DNA from: Chiloscyllium plagiosum
Lineage: Eukaryota
Length of the DNA stretch: 64,000 nt
Assembly: GCF_004010195.1 (NCBI RefSeq)
Contig: NC_057718.1
Coordinates: 19,827,880-19,891,879 of the forward strand
Direction of reading: 5' to 3'
In this document: positions 1-14,184 of the stretch, in pieces
How positions within the stretch are numbered: the first letter of the stretch is position 1
How the letters are laid out: every line of letters starts with the position of its first letter
The notes under the pieces: generated by a model
The model's input: the letters and a program-made list of their open reading frames with translations, nothing else
Database searches by the model: none
What the model was told of the DNA's origin: nothing
Position numbers and translations under genes: made by a program

Positions 1-201
1 CCTTGTCCCTGCCTGCCCTGACTGTTTGACTCACTTCTGTTCTCAGCTGTACCTGTCTCAGATCGATCTCTTTCCTCACTATCTCCCTGGGTCCCACCCC
101 CTCACCTTACTAGTTTAAATCCTCCCAAGCAGTTCTAGCAAATTTCCCTGCCAGTATATTAGTCCCCTTCCAATTTAGATGCAATCCGTCCTTCTTGTAC
201 A
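1..201 (-). mobile_element. CR1 LINE fragment, end of ORF1 (SGNH esterase-like)
   Basis: Minus strand reads YKKDGLHLNWKGTNILAGKFARTAWEDLN*. Confidence 0.75.
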
Positions 202-249
202 AACTATCACAAAATATATAGGTCTATCTACATGCCTGAAAATGCTCAC

Positions 250-362
250 CAGATAGCAAGAATAACAGCAAGCTCCTCTGCACATAGGTCTGGCACATTC
301 TGCTCCTTGGGGTCTGCTAGTTTAATCGAGTTCAGTAAAGTGTCATCACTTAGTTCAAGGTT
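250..362 (-). CDS. TTC27: TTC27 exon 8 (gene continues beyond the window start)
   Basis: caacag|..TG|gtgagc; [37 protein letters not shown]; 113 nt. Confidence 0.95.
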
Positions 363-3300
363 CTGTTGGCAAGAAATTGCATCACCATGTTATTTGTTGT
401 ACCTTACTTGTAGCATTCATCTGTGACATTTTAGCATCTGGAGACAGTTATGATACAAAAAGTAGCATTTAAGTAACACATTTGACATCATAAAACATTC
501 CAAGACACTTAATAGGAACATAAATATCAAATTTGACAGTAAATAATATAAGGGTAGATCCAAAATCTGGAGGGCTTTACATAATCCCAGTAAGTCTAAC
601 GAGATAACCAGCAAGTGTAACGTGACTGTCGATATCATCAGGAAACTTTTTCATTGGCTTCTCTAATGCAGCCTTTGTGGAGAGAAGGAGTAGGTATTTT
701 TAGAGTCTCTGAATGCTCTGCCAAGGTTACTTTTTTGCTTCCAATTAATGCAACAATCATCAGTACCGAGGTTGAGCGACCAGTAATTTAAATACCTTCA
801 GGTTAGGACCACCCTGATGGCAGCCCTTGGCAAATTCCTCCCTGATCCCCTTTAAGCTCATTCGCTTCTATCTTAATAATAGACACTTCATAACCTACCT
901 TTACAAAACTGAGAATTCTTTGTAGTTAAAAATGCTTTGGGTAGTGTGGTCTTGTGACCCTGGTAGTGATCACCCTCTAACTTATAAACACATGCCTGCA
1001 GCACTGTGCAATTTTGCTGCTCGCTCTGGCACCATCATCTGGAACCCAAACATCTGAATACATAAGTAACTGAACACCTATAAATTCTCTAATATTTTGA
1101 GGGCATTTACCCTCCCTCCTATTTCTCAAGCCTTTGCATCAGCCGTGCAATCTCTGAAAACCTCCGCCTACAACTCCATGTGGGAACACTGGTCTAGAAT
1201 TCTCTTCCATAATTCTGAGGCGGCGGCATCAACTATATGCTTCAAACCACGGTCTTGCTGACATCAAAAAAGGGATCACAGCAGGGATCTTTCTGTTCTA
1301 AATGGGTCAAAGGTCGTTCTATCCCAAGTTTTATTAGATGCATTTTTCTACTTCAGGCTTGCCTAATCTAGCATACCACTACCAAAATCCTCCACAGTTA
1401 TGTCTTTGATATCTTCAGGCTTGCATATTCCAATGTTCTCCTGGCTGACTTCTCGTCTACAATCCTACATAACCTCAAGTTCATGCAAAAACTTGCTCTG
1501 ATTCATGTTCACCTACCATCCCCTTGCATGCTGACCCGGATTCGAACCCGATCTCACAAGAGCTCAAGTTTAAAATCCAATCTTAGCTTGCAAATCTATT
1601 CTCCATGTCCTTGCACCTATCACTAAGTTCTTCCAGGCCAAGCAGCCTTCATGATTTGTGTTTCTCCAATTCTGCCTTAGTGCACATCGCCAATTTTAAT
1701 GGCTACTGTTCATTGAGCTGCCTTGGCATTGGAGAACTTTGTTTAAACTTCTCTGCCTCTTTACCCTCCTGTTCTAAAACATAGGCCTCTAACCTGTGAT
1801 CAGCCCATAGAGATAATTTTGTGGCTCACTGTTAAAAAGTTTGCACTGACACTCTTCTTGTTAAGCGCTTTGGTACATTTTTCTAGGTTATAGGTACTAT
1901 GTAAATCTAAGTTGTGCTGGTTTGCCTTCTTCCCCAATTCCATGGTAATTTTCAATAGATCGGAGAGGTTTTTGTACATCCATGGAAAGGAATATTTTAA
2001 CTTCACACCGGACTTGATCACATTTGCTTCTCTTTCTTGTTCAATACTACCAAATACATTAGCACAAAAAAAAATTGTTTATAACTGTGAATATTGATTA
2101 TAGCTTTGTATTTATCAATCAGGAGTTAACCTTCCTTCTAAATATCCTACTAGACTGCTGCTATGAAGCACTTGAAAACTTTTTGACTTTTTCAAAAATA
2201 AGATTTGAAAAAAACCCCATAAAATTAGAAATATGTCTGAAGTACAGTAACGTAAAAATCAGATCCCTGTAAAATCTACCTTGGTGTGTTTTTGTCCCAC
2301 TTCTCTTCCTATTCATTTCCATGGTGTTCTGTTTAATGAGGGTCTCTAAACGTAAATTCCAGACACATTACATGGAATAAATGTTTTTTAAAGCAAGAAC
2401 TGGTGCATAGTCACTGGCTGTTCTCCAGTGATCACACATCAAGCAAGGCAATAGGGTACAATCAACTCCTGATGTCCAACAATTTAAAGAGTGATTGTGG
2501 TAGAAACACAAAACCAATTGTTTTCTTTCAATCAATAACATTTCTCCACCTCCCACTGTATGCAGATCTATCAGGAGGTCATTTGTTAATAAGGTAGTTG
2601 GCCACTCACTAGAAGGTCTATGTTAACTTATACTATCAGCAACTCTGGGGAAACACATTCACTATGTCACAAAGTCAATTCCACCTGACTGAATCTGAGC
2701 CATGATTCCAATGTGAAGCAACCTCCAGCAAAATTAAAGGTATGCGCTCTGGGTTTACTTAGCAATTCTTTAAAGACTTTTTTTGAATCCATTACCAAAG
2801 AAGTTAATCAAGATTAACCATCCCTCATTACTCAGTAACTAGTATCATACTTATAAACATTAATCGCCTAGCAACAGATAAGACAATTTTTTTTTGCAAA
2901 GATGTTCAGTTATTTCCACAATTAAAGTTCTTAGAACAGGCTAGGATGCTACAGGAATTCTGGAAAAAACCAGAACATTCAGGGATGCTGTTGCTAATTT
3001 GTACTATTCCAAATGATACAGTTGTAGACAATTAGGTGACTAACAGGAACTCAAACTGTAAGGATATATGTCCATGCTTTGTGTTCAGCTTGGCACAGCA
3101 ACATTGTGCATTCCTACAATTCTCCAGCCGAGGGGTCTCAAAATGGACAGCTCTTTAGCAAACACCTAACATGGCATGGATTGAATTTTGCTACTTGTCA
3201 ACAATGCAGTGATAACTTTTAGTCATGCAAAACAAGTTCCCATAAGTTGCTTCCTGAAGCATCTTCATGGAGGAGAAAGGAATAGGTTTACCAACACAAT

Positions 3301-4619
3301 GTTGGTAAATGCAATGCACTTCTCTCAAACTCCAAAAGTTCTTGAGGGGAGGGGGGGCTGTCAGGAAATTTGCGATGCATTACACAGAAGTGTTCCACAA
3401 TGACTATAGAACACATCTGTAAAATTGACTGGAACCTTCCAGCTGCTTTGTAAAGTTTCAAGGGCTCCAGTGAAAAAATAACAAATGCGAATATTTAAAA
3501 GAGTCTCAGGATAATTTTAACCCTCACTGCCCAGCAAGGATCAGACAGGTAGATATTTTAAAAAAATCATGGGACATAGTTGCCAAATCCTTCAGGTTAC
3601 AACAGTAATTTGTAAAACTGAACAGGAGATGGCAATCCACTGGAAAACATGTATGAGTATAAATCAGGATTTAGTTATAGAATTAGAACCAGACAGCTAT
3701 CTTAACCAGAGTTCTGCACAGGGAAACCACTGCTAATTTTCTTCTGGACAAACACAACAAGCGGAGGAATTGGGCACAAAAAATGCTTAATTTATATAAT
3801 TATTATGTCAAAATATGCCATTTTAGACTAGTTCCCCAATCCTTATGTATTACCTACTGTATCACCCTGATTCTAGTCCATGGATTGAGAATAGTTTTCT
3901 CTCCTAATACCCTCAGCCCTATCAAATCTACCATTATTAACCTTATAAAGACGCTGCCCTTGACCCCTCTCTCCTTGAAAACTTTAGGCCCACTATCAGC
4001 CTCTCTTGCCTCTCCAAACTCCTAGCAAGTGTTGTTGCTTCCTGAATCTACAGCCATCCTTTCTAACACCCCAAGTTGGACTTCTGTCCATGCCACAGCA
4101 TGAAGTAGCTCTGACCAAAATCACAAATAATACCCTCTGTGACTGTGACCATATGCCGCTATTTATGTGATTCGACCCGCCAGTCTTTCACATGTCGTCA
4201 ACACCATTCTCTTCACGTGGCCCTTCTATTTCCAGTTAGATAGGACTGCCTCAGATGATTCCACTTTTATCTATCCAATCAGGACCAGAAAATGCCATCA
4301 TGGAATGTAGAAGTTCAAGAACGCAGCTCACTACCACCTTCTCCAAATCAATTAAGGATATGCAACTACTTCACTGACCCAGTTTTTAATTGTTTACCTT
4401 AATTTCCCCTTCTTTGACTTGGTGTCAATTCTTTTCTAATTACACTCCTGTGAAGTGTCTCAGGTCATTTTGCTACATTAAAATCATTATAGAAATGCAG
4501 TTGCAAGGCCCTCACAATAATCAACTGCATCAAATACAACTTATTCAGCTCCTTGTCTTCTTCCATATGATGGTCTTGTCCTCAGAACACATACAGAGCC
4601 CAGTGACCAGATTTGGCAG

Positions 4620-5465
4620 AAAGCATAGTGGCAATGTTACTGGACTAGTAATCCACAGGTCTGAACCAGTAATCCAGAGGCCTGGACCAAAAGTCTGATA
4701 GAAGATTCCAAATCAGACCACAGCAGTCAAGGGAATTTAAATTCAGTTAATCGATAAATCTGGAATAAAGAGTTCGTCTCATTAAGTGATGATCATAAAC
4801 TACCAAGAATAGTAAAAAAAAAAGTTCTAACATTCTTCAGGGCAGGATCATAGAATCCAAGAATCCTTACAGTGTAGAAGCAGGCCATTCGGCACATCAA
4901 TTCCACACAGACCCTCTGAAGATCAGCTCAACCAGAATCAATCCCCTATCCTATCCCTGTAACTCTGCATTTCCTATGTTAATCCACATAACTTAGATAT
5001 CCCCTGATACTAAGGGTGCTTTAGCATGGCCAACCCATCTAACCTGCATATCTCTGACTGTGGGAGGAAACCAGAGCATCCAGAGGAAATCCACGCAGAC
5101 ACAGGAAGAATTGATAAACGCCACACAGACAGTCGCCAGAGGATGGAATTGAACCTGCATTCCCAGCGCTGTGAGGCAGCAGTGCTAACCACTGAGCCAC
5201 CATGCCAACCCATCTTTCATCTTTATCTGATCTAGCTTATACATGACTGCAGATTGTCAGCAATATCATTGACTTTTAACCACCCTTTGATATAGCAAGG
5301 CGAGCTACTTGGTTGTATCAAATTACTGCAGAAAAAACATTGTGGTTGTAGGTACCTACATCAAACGGACTGTAGTTATTCGGAAAGTCAGTTCATCATC
5401 TGCCTTAAGGATGAGCATTAAATGCTAGTTTTGCCATCAACACTCGCATCCCAAAAACAAATTTA
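4620..5465 (+). mobile_element. Degenerate DeuSINE (SacSINE1-like) interrupted by an HE1-type SINE
   Basis: Head agtggcaatgttactggactagtaatcca; Deu-like core (tacatgactgcaga...gacttttaac) resumes after ~5212. Confidence 0.5.
4850..5211 (-). mobile_element. HE1-type tRNA-derived V-SINE
   Basis: Similar to the other copies in the window; box A/B-like head on the minus strand. Confidence 0.85.
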
Positions 5466-5679
5466 AATAAAAGGAACAGACAATGCGGAAGGTGGTTCTA
5501 ATTTTCAAGTGGCTACCCATGTTAGCTTTCACCCTTCCCATGTGAAAACAGGGCTTTGACACTGAGATCAATGTTTATAATTACCAACTTTAAGCTAGAC
5601 ATGATTCTCAGTTAATTATAAGTCATAGCAACAAGTTGAAGAACCAGTCAAACTTTAAGTACAGTTGCATGAGAGCTAC

Positions 5680-5813
5680 CTTGGGAAGATTTTCCAAGGG
5701 CGTTGGTGCTAGCAGGAGATCTGTTTGATGGAGGGCATCATCTTCCCGCTGGACATCCAAGATAAGCTGAGCTAAATAGTCTTCTTGGAATCGCGTCCGC
5801 TTCCCCAAAGCAC
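5680..5813 (-). CDS. TTC27: TTC27 exon 7
   Basis: tttaag|..AAG|gtagct; [21 protein letters not shown]...[10 protein letters not shown]; 134 nt. Confidence 0.95.
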
Positions 5814-6089
5814 CTTAAAGAAATGCAAATCGCATTTACATTATGAAGGAAGTGGTAAGGGATGGGGAGTGGAGAGTAGGTGAAAAACTTAACTTCACTC
5901 ACTGAAAATGAAACAGGATACAAAATTATTCAAGAAAATCAAGAATAAAACTGTATGATTTCAATTTTCTCAGTTGCTTTGAAGGATATACACATCATAG
6001 ACATGTTCATTACTCCATTATTTTAAAAATCAATCTTGTGACAATCAAATAAGCAAAGCAAAGGTTCTCTACATTAAAATACCAATCTT

Positions 6090-6410
6090 CTCAACTAAGG
6101 TCCCTTCAACAGAATCTTATTAACCTATAAACCCCACCACCCAGAAGAACAGGGGCAGCAGAAATAGGGGAACACCAATATCTGAAAGTTCGCCTTCAAG
6201 TCACTCACTATCCTGACATGGAATTATATCAACATCCCTTCACTGCTGCTGGGTCAAAAGTTTGGAGCTTCCTTTAACAGCACTGCGGCGTTACTACACC
6301 ATATGGCCAGCAGCAGTTCAAGAAAGCCGCTCAATGTGACCTTCTCAAGAGTAACTAGGGATGGACATAAAAGGCTGGCCGAGCACACTCCACACCCAGT
6401 GAACAAATTA
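6090..6410 (+). repeat. Old LINE 3'-end-like repeat (CR1/L2 group)
   Basis: ccttcactg..gctgggtcaaaa..gttcaagaa motif shared with 21600-22015 and 32090-32665. Confidence 0.55.
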
Positions 6411-6719
6411 AAATCTAATACTTCAGACTTCAAGGCTCAAAACCTTAAACTCAGCTCAGCGTCATTGGCATCTGGTTGTAGTGTGACTTTTGCTTTTGAA
6501 ATGCAACGAGATTAATTTCCCGAGACTTCTGGAGATACAAGAGTAATTTTTACCGCTGATCCCATCTCCAAAGCAAATACTGGGGCTATTTGCAATCTTA
6601 GCACACTTAAGGAGATTCCTGGGCCATGTGATTTTTCCAGGCCCTTTCTCAATCTCTTCCTGTCATTCTAATAGAAATTTAGGACACACTAAGTGGCCAT
6701 TTGGGCCATCATATCTGTG

Positions 6720-7770
6720 CCACCTAAAATGTACATAGGCACGGTGGTAGGCCTTTGAGCCTGCTGCTGCATTTAATAAAATCTGGGCTGATCTGATTAC
6801 TCCACCATCTTGCCTATACCCCATAACTGTTCACCCTCTTGCTTGTCAAAAATCGATTCTACCTCTGACTTCAAAATATTCAAGGACTCTTCTTCCACCA
6901 TTTTTGAAGAAGAGTTTCAAAATCTCACAACTCTGTGTTTAAAACAAAACTCCCTCATCTTCCTTAAATCGGTGACCCTTTGTTTTTAAACAGTGACTCC
7001 AAGCTCTACATTCTCCAAGAGGAAATGCCCTTTCCAAATGCAATCTCTCAACATCCCTCTGCATCTTAAATACATCAATCAAATCACTTCTTATTCTTCT
7101 AAACTCCAGCTAATACAAGCCGAGCCTCACTTCACCTTTCTGTAAAAGGTAAGCCACCATTCCAGCTACACTTCTCATAAACCTTCTGTAAACTGCTTCT
7201 CATTCATTTACACATATTTTCTTAATGGAGATGACCAATATTGTTAATGTACTCAAAATGTGGTCTCACCAGTGCCCTATATAACTGAAGTGCAACTTCC
7301 CGAACTCTTTAATTGTCCTTGCAATAAATGAAACATCATAACTTTCTCAATTACCTGCAGTCCCTATATACTAATTTTTGCAATTCATACACAAAGTTAC
7401 CCAGATCTATCTGCATCTCAGAGCTCTGCATTCTCTCATCATTTAGATAAATGTTTTTATTCTTCTTGCCAAAATGGAAAATTGCACATTTTCCCACATT
7501 AAACCCCATTTGCCAGAAAATTATCGACTCGAATTAACACCCTCTTTCGTTATGAAGATACAACTCACTTTCCTACCTAACCTGTGGCATCAGCAAATTT
7601 AGAAACCACACCTTCCGTCACTTTATCCACGTCATTTATATAAATTGCAAAAGGTTGAGGCAAACATACTCACCCCTGTGGCACACCATTTGTTATATCT
7701 TACCACCCAGAACAACAGCTATTTATGCCTACAATTTCCTGCTTGCTAGCCAATTTTCTATCCATGCCAA
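6720..7770 (-). mobile_element. Degenerate CR1 LINE 3' portion
   Basis: Decayed RT/C-terminal motifs (rc of tcagcaaattt, cccctgtggcacacc). Confidence 0.6.
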
Positions 7771-8366
7771 TCTTACGCCTTCATTAAATCTAGTGTGAGC
7801 ATTAAGATGAAATCACTCCGTAATCAGCAGAGGATGAGCTAACTAAATTTTAACCTCTAGCACCTGCAGTTCATTTCCACTAGAAAGGATCCTTGAAAAC
7901 AATTGCAAGATGAAGAGGAGAACACAAAAATTGAACAATGCAGTTATACTGACATTCTTCATCTGCATGGTGCAGACAATACTGGATATGTTACTGGGGC
8001 ATAGCAGTGGAGTCTGACATCGTTTCTCAGTGGACAAGAGACATGGATAGTGACTGTCAGTGGAAAGACCTTACTGTAGTGTAGTGAGACCAATGCCAAT
8101 GGTTACTACATTATTCAAGTATATGATCTTGCCATTTTAACCTCTAACAGATTCAATGTAGTGAAAATTTTACAGCTTCCTACTTTTAAAATGTTTAACA
8201 ACAAATGAAATTCTCAAAGAAGCCAGCTAGTTATTTTCAGAGATTTTTTAAAATATACATTTTTTTTAAAAAGCTGTCTTGGCTAGATTTCAGTCTCTAC
8301 ATTATATTAGCTAAAGCCTGGGAAAGAAATAAAAATACTGAAAAGTATGATGCGAGTCTGACATAC

Positions 8367-8531
8367 CTGTCATGGCAGTAGACAACTTTGCCATTTTCTG
8401 GGCTCTGTCGAAATTCTCCTTGGCCTTCTTGTATTCGTAGTAATATAGCAAAGCATAGCCACACTCCAGGTGGAACTGGATTGCTAAATTTCGGCACTCT
8501 CCAGAACTGAAGAAGGTGTCATTTGCAGACA
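8367..8531 (-). CDS. TTC27: TTC27 exon 6
   Basis: tcccag|..G|gtatgt; RNLAIQFHLECGYALLYYYEYKKAKENF; 165 nt. Confidence 0.95.
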
Positions 8532-9954
8532 CTGGGAATATATCAAAGATATAACAAAATTTTGAGTACTTTCTGCGACAGAAGGATGCCCAAACTAGTA
8601 CACTGGATAATGAGAGAGGTTACTTGCTTTTATTCTCAGGTGACTCAGTGTAAAACCCAGACTGTACGTCTGAACTGAAAGGTTTATAATGCCTTTGGTT
8701 ATATCATGTTAACTTGCCATTTTTCTTAAGCATAGACATTCTTTCGTATCCTTACTTCCTTTGTAATGATCTGGCTTTTTCTCCAGTCACTTGAATTGAC
8801 TCTGTGATAATCTAGAGCAGGATATTCACACCTCAAAGCAGTGCGAAGATTTCTCAAAATAATTTTAACCTGAATTCTAAGTTAATATATCACGGTTTAC
8901 ATTTCCCCACCTGGGATCAGTCATTTCCATATCCATCTTGCAAATTTCCTTCATTATTTTAAGGATGGAATTTTTGTCCACACAGCACTCCTCAATGGTG
9001 TACTTAAATTTCAACATGCACTATTTGCGGTGACCTGGAAGAAGGACCAAAACCCACAACCATCTGATCTGAAAGCAAAGGTGCTATCAACAGAGCCAAG
9101 CTAACGTTCTGGTTAATGGAGACAGCCCTGACTGTTTTAATAGTTGCATTCTCTGATGCATTATTATCCTTTATCATTTATTCAGAGATCTGCTTTTATC
9201 TGACTTAGGGGATGTCTTCAATCACTCCTTCCTCCCTCATCTTCATGACAGACCAATACTGGATGGTATACCTCATTGCACTGTCAATATTGAATACTCT
9301 TCCATCATTATGCTAAAGATAGATAAAATGGAAGATATAGCTCGCTTCATTCTTCCATCAATGAGAGGTGATGCCTTCCCTAATCTATAATATACAGGAT
9401 TACAAATTCATTGTATAAAACGCATAGAAGAAATGTTCACCTCGGCCTCATCTTCAGAACTGCAGTCCCTAAATCTCTAACATCTACATCAATCATCAGT
9501 ATGACATGTGAACAGGATCTACTGCCAGGTAATGTGATGTAACTGACTGTTTTGTGCTGTTGGGCACATGTCAGCTTTTTACTTTGGTTCAGAATGTCAC
9601 GACTTTCTCTTATAGATGCTTTAACCTTCAAAGTACTGTTTTTGGAAATTGTTTTGCTAACTGCAATACAGTTGTTTGATGGACATTAAAAAAATTTGAT
9701 CCTTCCTAATATTTTCTCAGGGACAAGAACAAAAGTTGTTGAATTTCTTAACCCTTTGTTAGATACCATGTTTAAAATAACAAAGACATCATGCAGAGAT
9801 CCTGTCCACTCATTCCGGTGAATAATGGGAAGTGCAATACAGTTTATATTCTTAAAAGGGTAGGATTAAATCATCTAAAAGACTTTCATCTTGTCATGAT
9901 TTACTGAAAGCCTAATAACTCATGAATAAACGCAACATACTGAAGATGCTGTAA

Positions 9955-10120
9955 ATATGAAACAAACAGTGAATACTGAAGAATCTTGAAAGATCTGGTA
10001 GCATCTGTGGAGAGAAACCAAGTTAATGTTACCAGAACATCATACCAAACTCGAAACTCTGTTTCTATCTCCATGGATGCTGTCGGACTTATTTTCTCCA
10101 GCATTCTGTTTGTTTCAAAC
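9955..10120. repeat. Degenerate fold-back repeat, family of 31520-31960
   Basis: gcatctgtggagagaaac vs gtttctatctccatggatgc inverted arms. Confidence 0.55.
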
Positions 10121-10711
10121 AATTTATTGCCTGTGCAGTAATGTTTTTAAATCAGGCTGTCTCTTGGGTTTTCAGTTTAATATTTTCAGATCTACGTTCC
10201 ACATTCTGAATAACTTTGCTAAATGAATGAACTTTTCTCAAATATTAGGAAATATGTTTGGTTTCATAATACCTATCATGCCTACCAAGCATTCTACAAT
10301 GAAGCACTTTGAATTTCAGCCGTGGCTCAGAGAATTGTTCTCATACATTGTCATCAATGCGTTCATCTTCCTCTCCATATACTTGAAGACGTAATTTAGG
10401 TTGATGCACCAATGCAGTACCAAGGTGTTTTGTTTTTCAGATGAGAGATCTGATGTCAAACAAGGCCCTATCTACTCTCTCAGGTAGTTGTCAAGATTCC
10501 ATGACACAATTTCAAATAACATTGGAGATCTCCCTATTACCTACACCCATATTTATCCCTCCATCTACACCATGCAAAACAAACGCATTGCTATTTATGA
10601 AAGCTTGCTGTCTGCAAAATGGCCAATAGGTTTTCTACTTTACACCAGGGATTACAATCCAAAAGTATTTTATCGGTTGTAAAATGTCCGGAACATTCTG
10701 AAGTCATGAAG

Positions 10712-10992
10712 AGTGCCAGAGACGCAGGTTCAATTCCCGCCTCAGGCGACTGTCTGTGTGGAGTTTGCACATTCTCCCAGTGTCTGCGTGGGTTTCCTCC
10801 GGGTGCTCCGGTTTCCTCCCACAGTCCAAAAATGTGCAGGTGAGGTGAATTGGCCATGCTAACTTGCCCATAGTGTTAGGTGAAGGGGTAAAATGTAGGG
10901 GGATGGGTTTGGGTGGGTTGCGCTTCGGCGGGTTAGTGTGGACCTGTTGGGCCAAAGGGCCTGTTTCCACACTGTAAGTAATCTAAAAAAAA
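10712..10992 (+). mobile_element. HE1-type V-SINE, 5'-truncated
   Basis: ggttcaattccc B box, V-domain, tail ctgtttccacactgtaagtaatcta. Confidence 0.9.
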
Positions 10993-12644
10993 GTATACGT
11001 CTGTCTTTTGTAGTGTTTTAACTATTGCTAAAGAAAGCAGACATAGACTGCAACAATACGTAACCCAACATATGAACTGATCAGTGAATCAATCAACACG
11101 TAATTGAGTCTTTCTGAAAACTTGCAAAAAATAATCCACTGCTGTATACATCACTTGTCCCATCCCCTTAACCTAGGATGGCACCTGAGCTATTTGCAAT
11201 GAATTAACAAGGTGTGATTATCCTAAAACATGTTACATATAGAAAACTATATAACATGGAGACATGTTTAAAACAAGTTTGTTCTCACTCAAACATTTAT
11301 GTATCATTTCCATATGATGCATAATTTCATCAACTATACATATGGCATTAAAGGAAAGGATGATCTCAAAATAACAACCAAGCCTTGACGAGCAGCATCC
11401 TTTTAAGTAAGGTATTGCCCTTTGAGAAAAATGTCTCTCAAAAGAAAACTAGTGAAATAGCAAAAAGAAAATCTGTGCAACATCAGCAATTGCGCTATCG
11501 CATACAAGGGTGTTTTTAACATATAAGCAAATACATATCCGTCACAAGGAGCTCATTAAGCTCTGGTACAATCTGAAATCTGGAATGTCCTTCTAACGCA
11601 CTCTTAATATGCTAAACATGCTTTTCAGCAAAAATATCAGCAGCTCTCAGGAAGCAACCCTAGCAAATTCCTTCCAAACAAGGATAAGCAACTAAACTGA
11701 TCACGCTATGATAGTCATATACTATATAGGATGGAATATAAAATGCACTCCACTAACTCGCTTGACTTTTCACACAGGCTGAAATGTACTGAGCTGGGAA
11801 TGTTCCATAAGGATTAATTCATGGGTTGCGGAAAACTAATCCTCAACAAAAATACTTGCTCAGTAACAAAGAGAGAATAAAAGTATAGTGAGCAGTGCTT
11901 TACTTAAGTGACAGATATCAGAATTGCTCTAGTTCAGAAACAGAAAATCCTTCCCATATGCCTAATACCCTAGAAGACAGGGTGAGATAAAAGTCCTTCA
12001 GCAAACCTGATCTTATTCCTCACAGAACAACAACTCTAAGTCTTCCCACAGCAGCTTCTTGGGGCTGAGGAACAGAATTTGCACCACTAATACAAAGGAT
12101 CATTAGCCCAAATAAACCATTCTGGTCCTGCCATGGAACTTGAACTCTCAACGCTCTGACAGAATCAAATGTGCTCCCAGTACAATCAGGGTCTCATCTG
12201 TATTGCTCCCACTATTAAACAACAAATTAGGCTGTTACAGATCAGGAAAGCTTCACTTTTTAGTCTGTTCAAGCCAAGTAAAGCTTTTTCCAAAGGGTCA
12301 GAATTCAATGTGTCCACAGAGTCTGCTTCTGAAAAGACGTCTGAGAGAAATGTCTTTTCAGTTCTCGGACATACAGATCATGGATGCCCAACCTGTAATG
12401 CAATTCATGATATTTGCCTGATGGGATGGGGAGGAATTTTAAACAATTTATTCCAGAATGAGAGGGGTTTATGGAGTAATATAGCAATTACGTAAACAGT
12501 ACAAAACAGGATATTCAGATGGAGTGGTCTATATTGGTACTTTTGCTCCACACAAGCTTCCTCCCACTGCACTGTATCTAATCCAATCAACTCATCTTTC
12601 TGTTCCTTTCTCCCTCATGTACATACCTTACTTCCATGTAAACC

Positions 12645-13025
12645 CACTGAACTCAACTAGCCAGAAAAAGACATGACTCACTCTCACTAGTATCTTTACA
12701 TTCAGATAAGGAAGGACACCACTTCGACTGGAACAACACATTCATTTTAGGACAGGCCAAACAGAGACACGCACGAGAATTCCTAGATGCATGACATTCC
12801 AACCGGAACTCAATCAACAAACACATTGACTTGGACCCCATTTATCATCCCCTGAGAAAAAAGAATCAGGAAATCACATCACCACAGGAAACCTAAACAC
12901 ATAAATAAAAACCGGGCCATACCACCAGTGCTTCACCAGAGGCTCACTGATGATGTTACATAATAAGGAGATGAAACATCTGAAAACAAACCTTCCAGCT
13001 CAGCAAACAAACTCACATTCAGATT
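12645..13025 (+). mobile_element. Penelope-like element 3' fragment (GIY-YIG tail plus hammerhead motif)
   Basis: Similar to 47000-47175 and 48860-49075; CTGATGA..GAAAC at 12947-12977. Confidence 0.85.
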
Positions 13026-14184
13026 CTAATAACTCTTAATGCAAAGAGGTTTTTGCAGAATTCTTTACAGCATTCATTTCTTATTTTACACTTTTTGGCC
13101 CTGGCTTTGGACATCTCCACAAGTGGAACCATTCTCTCTGCATGTACTTATCCATTATGAAATTAAAGCTATTAGACGAGCTTTCTCTTCTCTCGCGGAA
13201 AATAAAGAACCTTTTGCTTGTCATGGCTATAAATTCAGTTATGAGAACATATTTGTCCTTATTTTTTGCAACTTTATATCCTTGTTGTAATATTTATAAA
13301 GGAACTGTTCACAATACCCAATACAAGTTTAACATAGAAAGGAATGCCAGTGCATTTTTGGAGCATTTTTATAGACTTGCTAACCTGCATTGCTACTTTT
13401 AATGTTTTGTGAATGCGTTCTGAGATCCCTTTGCACTTTCAACTCAATTAGACTTTTATTTTGTGGTCTCCTACTCCTCCTACCGATGTGATTTACCCTC
13501 ATTCACACATGTATTGAAATTCATTTGCCATTAGTCCACCCATTCTGTATGTTTACATTCTGTATGTTTTTTATATTTTGTTGCTGACTTCCTTAGTATT
13601 ATCTATTGAAGGGATGATGTCAACAGTTGGTTGTGACAAAAAATTCACAACATCTGGCTTGATCAACACAACCAAACAAAAAATTGTTTTAAAGAAGTGA
13701 TACACCATCACCGCATTATTTTGTACAGTTAAAGGTGCACAACTTGTACCTATTGTAAAATGAACAGTTTTGCTAATTTAAAAAAGATTAAGCTTTCATT
13801 ACACTAAATGTATGAATATACAACAACGACAATTTGTACAGTTACTTCTGTGTCTTTATTGGGTTTTGTACAAGTAACTGAGAAAATCAATGAATCCCAG
13901 TTTAAAGGTAAAATGGCAGTTTTATGATTCCCTTCTTTACTCAAAGAATTCTCAGGTTTTGTCTCACTTTCCAATGTTGTGTCATGGCATATTTTAAGAA
14001 AACTAGATTTCTCAAAGTTGCATAGTTGCAATCACATCTGAATGTTTGAACACCTGATATTCAATGGAAATTTTGTATTTTAATTGAATGCGGTCTTCTA
14101 CTGAAATGTACAGTCTATTAAAGCTTGCAAACTCCTGAATAAGGTAATTTATTTGTATTTGTAATGGTGCTGAGATAGTTGTAT